Assembly (NCBI GenBank): GCA_947460085.1 | Contig: CANHGA010000001.1 | Location: 1-43,377 of the forward strand | Length of the DNA stretch: 43,377 nt | Reading direction: 5' to 3' | Source of the DNA: Synechococcaceae cyanobacterium | Lineage (GTDB): Bacteria; Cyanobacteriota; Cyanobacteriia; PCC-6307; Cyanobiaceae | Part shown: positions 28,170-37,603 of the stretch, piece after piece | How the letters are laid out: every line of letters begins with the position of its first letter | How positions within the stretch are numbered: position 1 is the stretch's first letter | Position numbers and translations under genes: made by a program | Notes under the pieces: generated by a model | Databases searched by the model: none | Told to the model about the DNA's origin: nothing | What the model saw: the letters and a program-made list of their open reading frames with translations, nothing else

Positions 28170-28876
28170 TAGCCGACCTGCTCCCCAAGGGAGTCGGATG
28201 GCGAATCAGGCGCTGCACCGCCGGCGGGACCAGGACCCATCGAAACCTTCACCAGGGCATGGCGCAGAACCCGGCCGTTGAGGTGGTAACCCCGTTGCAG
28301 CTCCTCAATCACCACCCCATCGAGATGGTCATCACTGGGCTCGCGCAGCACGGCCTCATGGAGGCTGGGATCAAAGGCCTCACCCTCCACCCGCATCGGT
28401 GAAACCCCCAGCTGCTTGAACACATCCACCAGCTGCTTGTAGAGGCCCTGGTAGCTGCGGTGCAGCGCCTGGGCCTCCTCGTGCTGGGGATTGAGCTGCT
28501 GACGGGCCCGATCGAAATTGTCAACCACCGGCAGGATTTCTCCCAAGGTGGTGCAGGTGATCTGCAGCCGCTGGTCGTCGCTATCGCGACTCTGGCGCTT
28601 ACGAAAGTTGTCGAAGTCGGCAGCCAGACGCATGTACTGGCCGTTGAGGGCTTCGTGCTCTGCCCGCAGGGCGGCGAGCTGGCCCTCGAGCTGGGAGGCC
28701 CGATCTCCAGATCCAGGCTCGTCTGCTGGGGGGAGACCGGAGTCGCCAGCGTTGTCGGCTGGAGCCCCTTCAGACGGGCTCTCGCCCGAGGCCTCGGCAT
28801 CGAAGACGCTCTGGGTGGTCGGCTCGAGATTGGTCTCGCCGTTGCTGTCACCGCTCATGGAGAAGTCACCGCTCAT
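28169..28876 (-). CDS. grpE: nucleotide exchange factor GrpE (ATG 28876 or 28858)
   Basis: [47 protein letters not shown]; the stop overlaps the dnaJ start by 1 bp. Confidence 0.97.
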   Translation of the reverse strand: MSGDFSMSGDSNGETNLEPTTQSVFDAEASGESPSEGAPADNAGDSGLPPADEPGSGDRASQLEGQLAALRAEHEALNGQYMRLAADFDNFRKRQSRDSDDQRLQITCTTLGEILPVVDNFDRARQQLNPQHEEAQALHRSYQGLYKQLVDVFKQLGVSPMRVEGEAFDPSLHEAVLREPSDDHLDGVVIEELQRGYHLNGRVLRHALVKVSMGPGPAGGAAPDSPSDSLGEQVG

Positions 28877-28962
28877 GGCTGACGGGGGCACAATTCAGAT
28901 CTAGACATGTTGGAGGGCCATGCGCACCTCCCACAAGCGGCGGAAGCCCGCACCTTTTGCCC

Positions 28963-30771
28963 ATGACCCTTTCCCAATCGCGACCGGTTCCAGACGCCAT
29001 CAGCCGTGAGCAGCAGAGGTTCGAGGTGGAATTGCTGCTGCAGCAACCCGTCCTCGCACCGAACGACCTGGGCAAGGCCGACCGCCAGCTGATCCACGCT
29101 GAAGGGCCGCGGTCTCCCCAGCACTGGATGGAGTGGGGGGCCATGCCCCTCAGCCACCTGAATGGCGTACTGCGCTTGGCCGTTCCCACCCATTGGGGAG
29201 CCGAGCAACGCCAGCACCTTCTTCAAGCTCTGCAGCTTCGCGGAGATCAAGCCAGCTTTGGCCTGGCCCTGGCCGACGATCTGAGCGAAGCGCTAGCAGC
29301 CCTGGAACCCCTGGATGAGCCTTCGCCGCCCCCTGGCGAGGCTTCAACGCCCACCGCGGAGTTACCGCGCTCCTGGATCGACGACCTTGCCTTGCCCAGC
29401 GGCGGGCTCGAGGAAGAAACAACGCAAAATCCCGACGATCTGGAGGTCTCCTCCATCGCCGCCAATGCCTCACCGGTGGTGAGCCTGGTGGACCGGATCC
29501 TGATCGAAGGCCTGCGGGCGGGCGCCAGCGATATCCACGTAGAGCCCCAGGAAACAGGCCTGGAAATCCGTTTTCGGCTCGATGGCGTGCTCCAGAAGCA
29601 GCTCGATGGGCTCCCCAAAGCCATGGTGCCTGCCATCACCTCCCGCTTCAAAATCATGGCCGACCTGGACATCGCCGAGCGGCGCCTTCCCCAGGACGGC
29701 CGGATTCGGCGCAAGTACCGCGGTCGCACCATGGACTTCCGGGTCAGCACCCTGCCGACACGCCATGGCGAAAAGGTTTGCCTGAGGCTGCTGGATAGCG
29801 GCGCCACCCAGCTTGGGCTCGACACCTTGATCACTGACAACAGCGCCCGCGCCGCCCTGCGGGCCCTGGGGTCCAAGCCCTTCGGGATGATTCTGGTGAC
29901 AGGGCCCACCGGCTCTGGCAAATCCACCACCCTGTATGCCCTGCTCTCGGAGCGCAACGAACCGGGCATCAACATCTCCACAGTTGAAGACCCGATCGAA
30001 TACACCCTGCAGGGCATCACCCAAACCCAGGTGAACCGCGACAAGGGTTACGACTTCAGCACCGCCCTGCGGGCCTTCATGCGCCAGGACCCGGACGTGC
30101 TGCTGGTAGGGGAAACCCGCGACATCGAAACCGCCAAAACCGCCACCGAAGCCGCCCTCACCGGCCACTTGGTGCTCACCACCCTGCACTGCAACGACGC
30201 CGCCAGCGCCATTGCCCGCCTGGATGAGATGGGCGTGGAACCCTTCATGGTGAGTGCCTCCCTCATCGGGATCGTCTCCCAGCGCTTGCTGCGGCGGGTG
30301 TGCGGCCATTGCCGCATCGCCTACCAACCCAGCGGCGAGGAACTGGGGCGCTTTGGCCTACTGGCAAGCCATGAAACGGCGGTCACCTTTTACCGGGCCC
30401 ATCCGCCCGACCACAGCCCAGGGGCCTGTTCCCACTGCCAGGGCAACGGCTACAAAGGCCGGGTGGGGGTTTACGAAATCCTCAACATGACCGAAAGCAT
30501 CGCCGCGGCCGTGGCCAAACGGGCCAGCACGGATGTGCTGCGCCGCCTTGCCCTCGAAAGCGGCATGAAAACCCTCTTGGGCTATGGCCTGGAACTGGTG
30601 CGAGAGGGACACACCACCCTGGAGGAAGTGGAGCGGATGCTGCTCACCGATGCGGGGCTGGAATCCGAGCGCCGGGCCCGTTCCCTCAGTGCCCTCACCT
30701 GCCGCAGCTGTGGAGCGGGCTTGCGGGACGAATGGCTGGAATGTCCGTACTGTTTAACGGTTCGGAATTAA
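28963..30771 (+). CDS. pilB: type IV pilus assembly ATPase
   Basis: ASDIHVEP, ERRLPQDGR, GPTGSGKST, EDPIEY, RQDPD, internal Zn motif CGHC/CSHC, extra C-terminal CRSC...CPYC. Confidence 0.95.
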   Translation: MTLSQSRPVPDAISREQQRFEVELLLQQPVLAPNDLGKADRQLIHAEGPRSPQHWMEWGAMPLSHLNGVLRLAVPTHWGAEQRQHLLQALQLRGDQASFGLALADDLSEALAALEPLDEPSPPPGEASTPTAELPRSWIDDLALPSGGLEEETTQNPDDLEVSSIAANASPVVSLVDRILIEGLRAGASDIHVEPQETGLEIRFRLDGVLQKQLDGLPKAMVPAITSRFKIMADLDIAERRLPQDGRIRRKYRGRTMDFRVSTLPTRHGEKVCLRLLDSGATQLGLDTLITDNSARAALRALGSKPFGMILVTGPTGSGKSTTLYALLSERNEPGINISTVEDPIEYTLQGITQTQVNRDKGYDFSTALRAFMRQDPDVLLVGETRDIETAKTATEAALTGHLVLTTLHCNDAASAIARLDEMGVEPFMVSASLIGIVSQRLLRRVCGHCRIAYQPSGEELGRFGLLASHETAVTFYRAHPPDHSPGACSHCQGNGYKGRVGVYEILNMTESIAAAVAKRASTDVLRRLALESGMKTLLGYGLELVREGHTTLEEVERMLLTDAGLESERRARSLSALTCRSCGAGLRDEWLECPYCLTVRN

Positions 30772-30809
30772 GGTTTTGTCGGTACAGAACAGAAGGCGGA
30801 GCTAGCGCG

Positions 30810-31886
30810 ATGGAGCTCCAGATCGAAGACTTGATGCAAGAACTGGTGGAGGGTGGCGGCAGCGACCTTCACCTCGCAGCCGGCCAGTCACCCTACGGAC
30901 GCTTCAGCGGCCAGCTGCGGCCCATCCGGGACCAGCTGCTCGATGAAGAGCAGTGCAACCGGCTGATCTTTTCCTTACTGAACAATGCCCAGCGCAAGCA
31001 GCTGGAGCAGACCTGGGAATTGGACTGCTCCTATGGGCTCAAGGGGGTCTCCCGCTTTCGGGTCAATGTGTACCGCCAACGGGGCACCTACGCCGCCTGC
31101 CTACGGGCCCTGGGCAGCAGCATTCCCCAGCTCGCAAGCCTGGGCATGCCCCCGGTGGTTGAGGCAATGGGACGCAAACCCCGGGGCCTGCTGCTCGTGA
31201 CCGGACCCACCGGTTCGGGCAAAACCACCACCCTGGCGGCGCTGCTGGAGCACATCAACCAAACCCGCTCCGAACACATCCTCACCATTGAGGACCCGAT
31301 CGAATTCGTTTACACCAGCGCCCGCAGCCTGATCCATCAGCGGGAGGTGAATGAAGACACCCGCAGCTTTGCCAATGCCTTGCGCGCAGCCCTACGCGAA
31401 GACCCGGACGTGATCCTGGTGGGCGAAATGCGCGACCTCGAAACCATCCAGCTGGCCATCAGCGCAGCCGAAACCGGGCACCTGGTGCTGGGCACCCTGC
31501 ACACCAGCTCTGCCGCCCAAACCGTGGATCGGATGGTGGATGTGTTCCCAGGCAGCCAGCAGACCCAAATCCGGGTGCAACTGAGCAACAGCCTGCTCGC
31601 CGTGTTCTCCCAAACCCTGTGTCAACGCACCAACCCAGCCCCCGGTCAATTCGGGCGGGTGATGGCTCAGGAAATTCTGATCAACACCCCTGCCACTGCC
31701 AACCTGATCCGGGAGGGCAAAACCGCCCAGCTCTATTCCCAGATCCAAACCGGTGGATCTTTTGGCATGCAGACCCTGGAGCGGGCCCTGGCCAACCTGG
31801 TGGAAGCGGGAAGCGTGAGTCAAGCCGAAGCCGTTAGCAAAACCGGCAAACCCGACGAGCTGCTGCGCCTGCTGGGCCAGGCTTAA
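30810..31886 (+). CDS. pilT: type IV pilus retraction ATPase
   Basis: SDLHL, GPTGSGKTTT, LREDPDVILVGEMRD, GTLHT, ANLIREGK, GMQTL. Confidence 0.95.
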   Translation: MELQIEDLMQELVEGGGSDLHLAAGQSPYGRFSGQLRPIRDQLLDEEQCNRLIFSLLNNAQRKQLEQTWELDCSYGLKGVSRFRVNVYRQRGTYAACLRALGSSIPQLASLGMPPVVEAMGRKPRGLLLVTGPTGSGKTTTLAALLEHINQTRSEHILTIEDPIEFVYTSARSLIHQREVNEDTRSFANALRAALREDPDVILVGEMRDLETIQLAISAAETGHLVLGTLHTSSAAQTVDRMVDVFPGSQQTQIRVQLSNSLLAVFSQTLCQRTNPAPGQFGRVMAQEILINTPATANLIREGKTAQLYSQIQTGGSFGMQTLERALANLVEAGSVSQAEAVSKTGKPDELLRLLGQA

Positions 31887-31889
31887 ACG

Positions 31890-33140
31890 ATGGCCAGCTT
31901 CGTTGCCACCTACCAAGCCAGCGGCGGCAAAGCCCGCCAGATGCGCGTGGTGGCAACCGATCTGCTGGATGCAAAACGGCAACTGCGCCGGCGCGGCATC
32001 CTCGCCACCAAGCTCGAAGCCAGCCCAAACACCAGCTCCACAGCCAGCGACCCAAACCGGGCCCGATCAAGCAGCTTCAACTGGCAACAGCTGCTGGAAA
32101 CCAAACCAGGAATCCGCGACAAGGCCCTCTTCGCCAACAAGCTGGCGGCCCTGGTGGATGCGGGGGTGCCGATCGTTCGGAGCCTCGATCTGATGGCCGC
32201 CCAACAAACCAACCCCCTGTTCAAACGGGCCCTCCAAAGTCTCACCAGCGAGGTAAACCAGGGGGGCAGCATGGGCGCCGCGATGCGCCGGTGGCCCCAG
32301 GTTTTCGACAAGCTCACGATCGCCATGGTGGAAGCCGGCGAAGCCGGAGGTGTCATGGATGAATCGCTAAAACGGCTGGCGAAATTGCTCGAGGACAACG
32401 CCAAACTCCAAAACCAGATCAAGGGGGCCATGGGCTACCCGGTGGCGGTGCTGGTGATCGCGATATCGGTGTTTCTGGGGATGACGATCTTTCTCATCCC
32501 CACCTTCGCTGGCATTTTTCAGGACCTGGGGGCCGAACTACCGCTCTTCACCCAACTCATGGTGGATTTGAGCAACTTGCTGCGCTCTTCGTTCTCGCTG
32601 TTGTTGGCTGGCGGCTTGATTGTGGCGGCCTGGCTCTTTGGACGCTTCTATGCGACCCCACTAGGCCGCCGCCGCGTGGATGGCAACTTGTTGAAGTTGC
32701 CTTTGTTTGGCGATCTCCTGCAAAAAACGGCCACGGCCAAGTTTTGCCGCACCTTCAGTTCTCTGACCCGGGCCGGGGTACCAATCCTGCTCTCGCTTGA
32801 CATCGTGAGCGAGACCGCCGGCAATTCCGTGATCGCCGATGCCATCCTCAACTCCCGCAAAGATGTGCAAGAAGGGATTCCCTTAAGTGTGGCTCTGACT
32901 CGCAAAAAAGTGTTTCCGGAAATGGCCCTGAGCATGCTGGCCATTGGCGAGGAAACCGGAGGCATGGACACCATGCTCTCTAAAGTTGCCGACTTCTATG
33001 AAGACGAAGTGGGTGCCTCAGTCAAGGCACTCACGTCCATGCTCGAGCCGGCGATGATTGTGATCGTGGGTGGCATCGTGGGTTCCATCCTGCTGGCCAT
33101 GTACCTGCCGATGTTCTCGGTGTTTGAAAATATCAAGTAG
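31890..33140 (+). CDS. pilC: type IV pilus inner-membrane platform protein (GspF family)
   Basis: LVDAGVPI, AGEAGG, YPVAVL, IGEETG, LEPAMIV...YLPMF. Confidence 0.95.
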   Translation: MASFVATYQASGGKARQMRVVATDLLDAKRQLRRRGILATKLEASPNTSSTASDPNRARSSSFNWQQLLETKPGIRDKALFANKLAALVDAGVPIVRSLDLMAAQQTNPLFKRALQSLTSEVNQGGSMGAAMRRWPQVFDKLTIAMVEAGEAGGVMDESLKRLAKLLEDNAKLQNQIKGAMGYPVAVLVIAISVFLGMTIFLIPTFAGIFQDLGAELPLFTQLMVDLSNLLRSSFSLLLAGGLIVAAWLFGRFYATPLGRRRVDGNLLKLPLFGDLLQKTATAKFCRTFSSLTRAGVPILLSLDIVSETAGNSVIADAILNSRKDVQEGIPLSVALTRKKVFPEMALSMLAIGEETGGMDTMLSKVADFYEDEVGASVKALTSMLEPAMIVIVGGIVGSILLAMYLPMFSVFENIK

Positions 33141-34458
33141 CCCTAGAGGCCTCGGCGATCGCCTGGCCGGCCAACCAGCCGGAACTCCAACAGTGCTGAA
33201 AGTTGAAGCCACCGGTGATGCCATCCACATCCAACAACTCACCCACCAAATACAGCTGGCCTTGGCGGCGGCTTTCCATGCTGGCCATGTTGATTTCCCC
33301 GAGGGGAATGCCTCCGGCGGTCACAAACTCCTCGCCAAAGGGACCGCGGCCGGTGATGGCATAGGCACTGGCGCGCAGGGCCTGGATCAGGGCCTGCTGG
33401 TGGTTTTTAGCCAGATCAGCCCAGCGGCGTTCCTGATCCACACCCGCCTGGGCTAAAAGATGGAGCCAAAGGCGGCGGCCCAGCTCCGGCCAAGGCCGCC
33501 AGTTGGCCAGTTGCCGCTTGGCCTGATCCCTGCGGGCTAGGGCAAACCAAGCCTCCAGCTCGGCCTGGGATCGGCCCCCGGTCCAATCCACCTTGAGCCG
33601 GCCCCGATAGGCCGTCTGCTTCAACGCTCGGGCCGCAAAGGCGCTCAACCGCAGGGTGGCGGGGCCGCTCAGGCCCCAATGGGTGATCAGCAGGGGCCCG
33701 CGCTGACGAAAGCGGGTGGGGGTGGGGGAGCCGCCCCCTTGGGGCAGATCCAGGTCCAACTCCAGGTCAACGGGGTCCATCACCACCCCCGCCAGCTCCA
33801 ACAGGGGATGGCTCGCCAAGGCCAGGGTGAACAGGGACGGCACCGGCGGCACGAGGTCGTGGCCCAGGGAGGCGGCTAACTGCCGGCCGCTGGGGTGGCT
33901 GCCGGTGGCCAAGACCAATTGGGAGGCCAGGGCGGTTTGACGGTTCGAACCGGGCTGGCCGCCATCCGCCGAGCGGGCAACCCGCAGCTCAAGCGCAAAG
34001 CCCCCCGGGCCGTCGTCCGTTGCTGGCAGGGGCCCAGCCTTCTGCAATTGAACGCCGGTATGGAGCTGCACCCCCGCCGCCTGGGCGGCCCGGCGCAGGG
34101 TGGCCACCACCGATTCGGAGCGATTGGAACGGGGAAACATCCGCCCATCGGGCTCCTCCACCAGCTCCAGGCCATGGTCATCAAACCAAGCCACCGCATC
34201 CCCGGCGGCAAAGCGGCTAAAGGGCCCGCGCAGGGCCTTTCCCCCCCGGGGGTAGTGGCCCACCAGGGCGCGCGGATCCCAGCAGGCATGGGTGACATTG
34301 CAGCGGCCACCACCGCTAATCAGCACTTTGTTGAGGGGCTGAAGCGTGGCCTCCAACAGGTGCACATCGGCGGCCCCGGCTTCTGCAGCTGCAATGGCCG
34401 CCATAAATCCGGCCGCCCCACCACCCGCCACCAGCACAGCGACTCGACTAGGGAACAC
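33133..34458 (-). CDS. BaiN/YhiN (HI0933)-family flavoprotein
   Basis: GGGAAG, KVLISGGGRCNVT, LITHWGLSGPA, FVTAGG, GELLDVDGITGGFNFQ. Confidence 0.92.
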   Translation of the reverse strand: MFPSRVAVLVAGGGAAGFMAAIAAAEAGAADVHLLEATLQPLNKVLISGGGRCNVTHACWDPRALVGHYPRGGKALRGPFSRFAAGDAVAWFDDHGLELVEEPDGRMFPRSNRSESVVATLRRAAQAAGVQLHTGVQLQKAGPLPATDDGPGGFALELRVARSADGGQPGSNRQTALASQLVLATGSHPSGRQLAASLGHDLVPPVPSLFTLALASHPLLELAGVVMDPVDLELDLDLPQGGGSPTPTRFRQRGPLLITHWGLSGPATLRLSAFAARALKQTAYRGRLKVDWTGGRSQAELEAWFALARRDQAKRQLANWRPWPELGRRLWLHLLAQAGVDQERRWADLAKNHQQALIQALRASAYAITGRGPFGEEFVTAGGIPLGEINMASMESRRQGQLYLVGELLDVDGITGGFNFQHCWSSGWLAGQAIAEASRAT

Positions 34459-34477
34459 GGCTAGGCAGCATGGGGGG

Positions 34478-35503
34478 ATGGAGCAACACGGCCAGACCAG
34501 TTATCGCTTCAGTGTGGCTCCGATGATGGACTACACCGATCGGCACTTCCGGATGCTGATGCGGCAAATCACCCGGCGCAGCCTTCTTTATACCGAAATG
34601 GTGGTGGCTCAAGCCCTGCACCATGCCCGCAAACAGCCCGAGGCCAACCAACCAGGGGGCCGGCTGGAGCGGCTGATTGGCTTTGATCCGATCGAACGTC
34701 CCCTCGCTCTCCAGGTGGGGGGGGACGATCCGGCCCTCTTGGCAGAAGCGGCCCAACTGGCCGCCGACTGGGGCTACGACGAAATCAACTTGAACGTGGG
34801 TTGCCCCAGTGAAAAGGTGCAAAAAGGGCGGTTTGGTGCCTGCCTAATGGCGGAACCCGACCATGTCGCCCGCTGTGTGGCGGCCATGGCCGCGGCCAGC
34901 GCCCTACCGGTCACCGTGAAGCACCGCATTGGCATTGATGAGCGCGATTCCTATGCCGAGCTCTTGCACTTTGTGGACACCCTGGCCGCGGCTGGAGCCC
35001 AGCGTTTTGGCGTGCATGCCCGCAAAGCCTGGCTGGAGGGCCTGGATCCCAAACAAAACCGCACCATCCCTCCCCTGCGCTACGACCTGGTGCACGAGCT
35101 GAAGCGCGACCGACCCGATCTCACCATCGAAATCAATGGGGGGCTTGAAACCCTGGGCGACTGCCTCAGCCAGTTGCAAGTGGTCGACGGAGCCATGGTG
35201 GGCCGGGCCGCCTACCACCACCCCCTGCGTTGGGCCAGGGTGGATCACGACGTCTTCAACGACAGCACCCGCGTCAAGGCGAAGGCCTCAACGGTGGTGC
35301 GGGGGTTGATGACCTACGCAGACAACTGGCGACGCCGGGGCGATCGCCTCTGGCCGATTGCCCGACACCTGGTCCACGTGGTGGAGGGCGTAGCTGGGGC
35401 ACGGGCCTGGCGCCAACAGCTCACCCAGGCCGCAGGCCAGCGGGATGCCGGCGCCGAGGTACTGGAAGCCGCTGCCCGCCAACTGGAAGCGCACGGGTAC
35501 TAA
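34478..35503 (+). CDS. dusA: tRNA-dihydrouridine(20/20a) synthase
   Basis: FSVAPMMDYTDRHFR, NLNVGCPS, VKHRIGID, VHARKAWLEGLDPKQNRTIPPLRY. Confidence 0.95.
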   Translation: MEQHGQTSYRFSVAPMMDYTDRHFRMLMRQITRRSLLYTEMVVAQALHHARKQPEANQPGGRLERLIGFDPIERPLALQVGGDDPALLAEAAQLAADWGYDEINLNVGCPSEKVQKGRFGACLMAEPDHVARCVAAMAAASALPVTVKHRIGIDERDSYAELLHFVDTLAAAGAQRFGVHARKAWLEGLDPKQNRTIPPLRYDLVHELKRDRPDLTIEINGGLETLGDCLSQLQVVDGAMVGRAAYHHPLRWARVDHDVFNDSTRVKAKASTVVRGLMTYADNWRRRGDRLWPIARHLVHVVEGVAGARAWRQQLTQAAGQRDAGAEVLEAAARQLEAHGY

Positions 35504-35524
35504 ACAGCCGGGGCGGCTGGGCCC

Positions 35525-36082
35525 TTAGCCCTCAGCGCCCCCGTAGTAGTTGCTACCGCCGAAGGCGCCGCCACCACTCGCATCGCCACCAGCGCCAGCG
35601 CTCCGGCGACGCCGGGTACGCCCCGCATCAAAACTGTCGCCAGCAGGGGCACCACTTCCATAGCTGCGGTCTTCCCAACCGCGGGCACCGGAACCACGGT
35701 CGCTGGCACCGGCATAACCGTTGTCACCGCCACGGTTGTACCCGCCGCCGCCTCCACCACCGCCGTAACCGCCGCCGCCGCCGTAGCCCCCTGGACTGCG
35801 ACGGGCGCCACCACCGCCATAGCCGCCACCACCACCGGTAGCGCGGGGCTCGGCCTTGTTGATCCGCAGCGGACGGCCCATCAGCTCGGCGCCCTGCAAG
35901 GCATCAATGGCCTTGGTTTCGGCTTCCTCGTCGGCCATTTCCACAAAAGCAAAGCCGCGCTTCCGCCCGGTATCGCGCTCCAGGGGCAAGGCGCAACTTG
36001 TCACCTCACCAAACGGTGAGAACAACTCCGATACATCGTCCTGCTCGGCGCGGAACGGAAGGTTGCCAACAAAAATACTCAC
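35525..36082 (-). CDS. RRM RNA-binding protein with glycine-rich tail (cyanobacterial Rbp family)
   Basis: RNP2 IFVGNL, RNP1 RGFAFVEM, GGGGY repeats. Confidence 0.95.
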   Translation of the reverse strand: MSIFVGNLPFRAEQDDVSELFSPFGEVTSCALPLERDTGRKRGFAFVEMADEEAETKAIDALQGAELMGRPLRINKAEPRATGGGGGYGGGGARRSPGGYGGGGGYGGGGGGGGYNRGGDNGYAGASDRGSGARGWEDRSYGSGAPAGDSFDAGRTRRRRSAGAGGDASGGGAFGGSNYYGGAEG

Positions 36083-36157
36083 GGACCAAAACCGGCCTCG
36101 GGGCCGCTGAACTGTGGGCCCTTAGGCCTCTAACTAACCCAGCCTAAATCGCCCGGT

Positions 36158-37576
36158 TCAACCTTTCTGGCCTGCGGTTGCCAAGCGGGTGCGAATTCGC
36201 TGCAACTGCCTTTCCACCTGATCAAAGGCGGTACCCCCCTCACTGCGGCGGGCAGCAACTACTTGGCGGGGAGCAATGGCGGCATAGATATCGGCCTCAA
36301 AGCCTGGATGCAGCTGTTGCCAGCGTTCCAAGGGAAGGTCCTTGAGCAACACCTGCTCAGCGAGGCAGGTCTTCACCAAGCCGCCCACCAATTGATAGGC
36401 CTCCCGGAAGGGAATGCCCTTGGCCACTAAGTAATCAGCCACGTCCGTGGCATTGGAAAAATCAGAAGCAACCGCAGCCTCAAGCCGCTGGGGCCGAAAT
36501 TCCAGGCCCTCCTCAAACAGGATGGCCATCGCCTCTAGGCAATCGCGGCAGGTGCGTACCCCGTCGAACAGGGCTTCTTTGTCTTCCTGGAAATCCTTGT
36601 TGTAGGCCAGCGGCAAGCCCTTGATCATGGTGAGCAGACCCATCAAATGGCCAAACACCCGGCCGCTCTTGCCGCGCACCAATTCGGGCACATCGGGGTT
36701 TTTCTTCTGGGGCATCAGGCTGCTGCCCGTGGCACAGCGATCCGTGAGGCTGATGAAGCCAAATTCCTCACTCGCCCACAAAATCACCTCCTCACTGAGC
36801 CGGCTGAGGTGCACCATCACCAAGCTGGCTGCCGCCATGAATTCCACCGCGAAGTCCCGGTCGCTGACCGCATCCAGGCTGTTGGCGTAGACATCGTCAA
36901 AGCCAAGCTCCTCGGCGGTTTGACGGCGATCAATCGGAACCGGCGTACCGGCCAAGGCGGCGGCGCCTAGGGGGGAAATATTGACCCGTTGCCGCACATC
37001 CGCCAGGCGGGAGCGATCCCGCTCTGCCATCTCGATGTAGGCAAGCAAATGGTGGGCCAGACACACCGGCTGGGCGCGCTGAAGGTGGGTGTAGCCAGGA
37101 ATCAAGGTGTTGGCATGGGCCTCGGCCTGGGCCAAAAGGGCCCGTTCGAAACGCACCAAGGCCCCATCGATCCAATCGATTTGGCTGCGCAGCCAGAGGC
37201 GCACATCCGTGCCCACCTGATCGTTTCGACTGCGGCCGGTGTGCAGCTTTTTGCCCAGGGGCCCCAGCAAGGCAATCAGCCGGTGCTCCACCGCAAAATG
37301 CACGTCCTCCGCTTCCAAACCTGGATTGAACTGGCCAGCTGCGGCTTCAGCGCGGACCTGCTCCAAGCCCCTGATCAACTCCGACGCCTCAGCCTCGGAG
37401 ATCACGCCGCACCGGCCCAACATCCGGGCATGGGCCACGGAACCATCGAGATCCTGCTCCAGCAGCTCCAAATCGAAGCCGATCGACGCATTGAACCGCT
37501 CAATCGCGGGGTGCAGCCCCTGATCAAAACGATCACTCCAAGTGGTGCTGACAGTCGTGATCGGATCTGAGGCCAT
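36158..37576 (-). CDS. argH: argininosuccinate lyase
   Basis: [35 protein letters not shown]. Confidence 0.98.
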   Translation of the reverse strand: MASDPITTVSTTWSDRFDQGLHPAIERFNASIGFDLELLEQDLDGSVAHARMLGRCGVISEAEASELIRGLEQVRAEAAAGQFNPGLEAEDVHFAVEHRLIALLGPLGKKLHTGRSRNDQVGTDVRLWLRSQIDWIDGALVRFERALLAQAEAHANTLIPGYTHLQRAQPVCLAHHLLAYIEMAERDRSRLADVRQRVNISPLGAAALAGTPVPIDRRQTAEELGFDDVYANSLDAVSDRDFAVEFMAAASLVMVHLSRLSEEVILWASEEFGFISLTDRCATGSSLMPQKKNPDVPELVRGKSGRVFGHLMGLLTMIKGLPLAYNKDFQEDKEALFDGVRTCRDCLEAMAILFEEGLEFRPQRLEAAVASDFSNATDVADYLVAKGIPFREAYQLVGGLVKTCLAEQVLLKDLPLERWQQLHPGFEADIYAAIAPRQVVAARRSEGGTAFDQVERQLQRIRTRLATAGQKG

Positions 37577-37603
37577 CGAGCGCCGGGAGCTGGTATCAGC
37601 CCT

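Noticed and set aside
34500-34550. dusA 5' end as an integrase target
   Set aside because: The gene is intact, with no duplicated 5' fragment or recombinase nearby.
33154-35349. HIP1 octamers (GCGATCGC near 33155 and 35340)
   Set aside because: Only about two were noticed by eye in 43 kb, so no evident enrichment; an exact count was not possible.
35505-35519. CAGCCG-ggg-CGGCTG hairpin between dusA and rbp
   Set aside because: Short stem with only a minimal T-tract; too weak to call a terminator.
35543-35556. GTA-N8-TAC NtcA-like motif
   Set aside because: It lies in the 3' coding end of the rbp gene with no downstream promoter context and is likely chance.
35740-35835. CCG-rich repeats
   Set aside because: They simply encode the GGGGY tail of the RRM protein; not CRISPR or a mobile repeat.
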